64,000 bases of DNA from Auanema rhodensis (taxonomy: Eukaryota; Animalia; Nematoda), in NCBI GenBank assembly GCA_964057225.1, contig OZ059895.1, positions 3,286,001 through 3,350,000 on the forward strand, read 5' to 3'. Positions 63,301 to 64,000 of this stretch are shown one piece after another. A model generated the notes under the pieces. It searched no databases, had not been told where the DNA came from, and saw nothing but the letters and a program-made list of their open reading frames with translations. The translations under genes and the position numbers were made by a program. Positions within the stretch are counted from its first letter, which is position 1. Each line of letters opens with the position of its first letter.

Positions 63301-64000
63301 AACTGACCGACTAATCAGACATGGATCTTTCCAAGTTCTGTTGCTTGAACGGATGTTTTCCTACGTAGGCTAGTAAAACATGCCCTTCAAAGCATCAGAA
63401 CATGTGACCACATTCCAATTTTTTTGTATCTATCTTGTAAAGATAGTAATATATCATATGTTGAACACTATGTTGGAAAGATTTTAATTCAGATTTTTTC
63501 AACTTTCACTCAGTTTGTTTTCTAAACTTTGATTAAGAACCTTGAGTTTTGTACACCCATAAATTATACGCAGCACAGGTTACCCTTAAATAATGAACTG
63601 ACCGACTAATCAGACATGGATCTTTCCAAGTTCTGTTGCTTGAATGGATGTTTTCCTACGTAGGCTAGTAAAACATGCCCTTCAAAGCATCAGAACATGT
63701 GACCACATTCCAATTTTTTTGTATCTATCTTGTAAAGATAGTAATATATCATATGTTGAACACTATGTTGGAAAGATTTTAATTCAGATTTTCTAACTTT
63801 TATTCTGTTTGTTTTTTAAACTTTGATTAAGAACTTTGATTTTTGTACACCCATAAATTATACGCAGCACAGGTTACCCTTAAATAATGAACTGACCGAC
63901 TAATCAGACATGGATCTTTCCAAGTTCTGTTGCTTGAACGGATGTTTTTCTACGTAGGCTAGTAAAACATGCCCTTCAAAGCATCAGAACATGTGATCAC
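48370..64000. repeat. Tandem satellite array, right arm (same family, plus 167-bp deletion monomers near 62.1 and 63.1 kb)
   Basis: Resumes exactly where the interrupted monomer left off (GCCCTTCAAAGCATCAG), in the same orientation. Runs off the right edge. Confidence 0.99.

Overview
Eukaryotic (probably invertebrate animal; inferred) heterochromatin-like window. About 53 kb is one AT-rich tandem satellite with a 294/295-bp monomer, 209/210-bp and 167-bp deletion monomers, and local higher-order block duplications. The array is interrupted once by a 10,794-bp Ty3/Gypsy LTR retrotransposon (37576-48369). The element has two 336-bp LTRs that read identical by eye, a 4-bp GCCC target-site duplication, non-canonical CG...CG termini and a tRNA-Gln-type PBS. 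The main result is its gene order. A herpesvirus-gB/chuvirus-like (class III) envelope glycoprotein lies BETWEEN gag and pol, and its C-terminal half (ectodomain, transmembrane helix, PPxY tail) runs in frame into protease-RT-RNaseH-integrase. This gives gag-env-pol with an Env-Pol polyprotein, rather than the usual gag-pol-env. The repeated 60-aa ORFs are satellite artefacts. All protein assignments come from motif recognition by eye; no searches were run.
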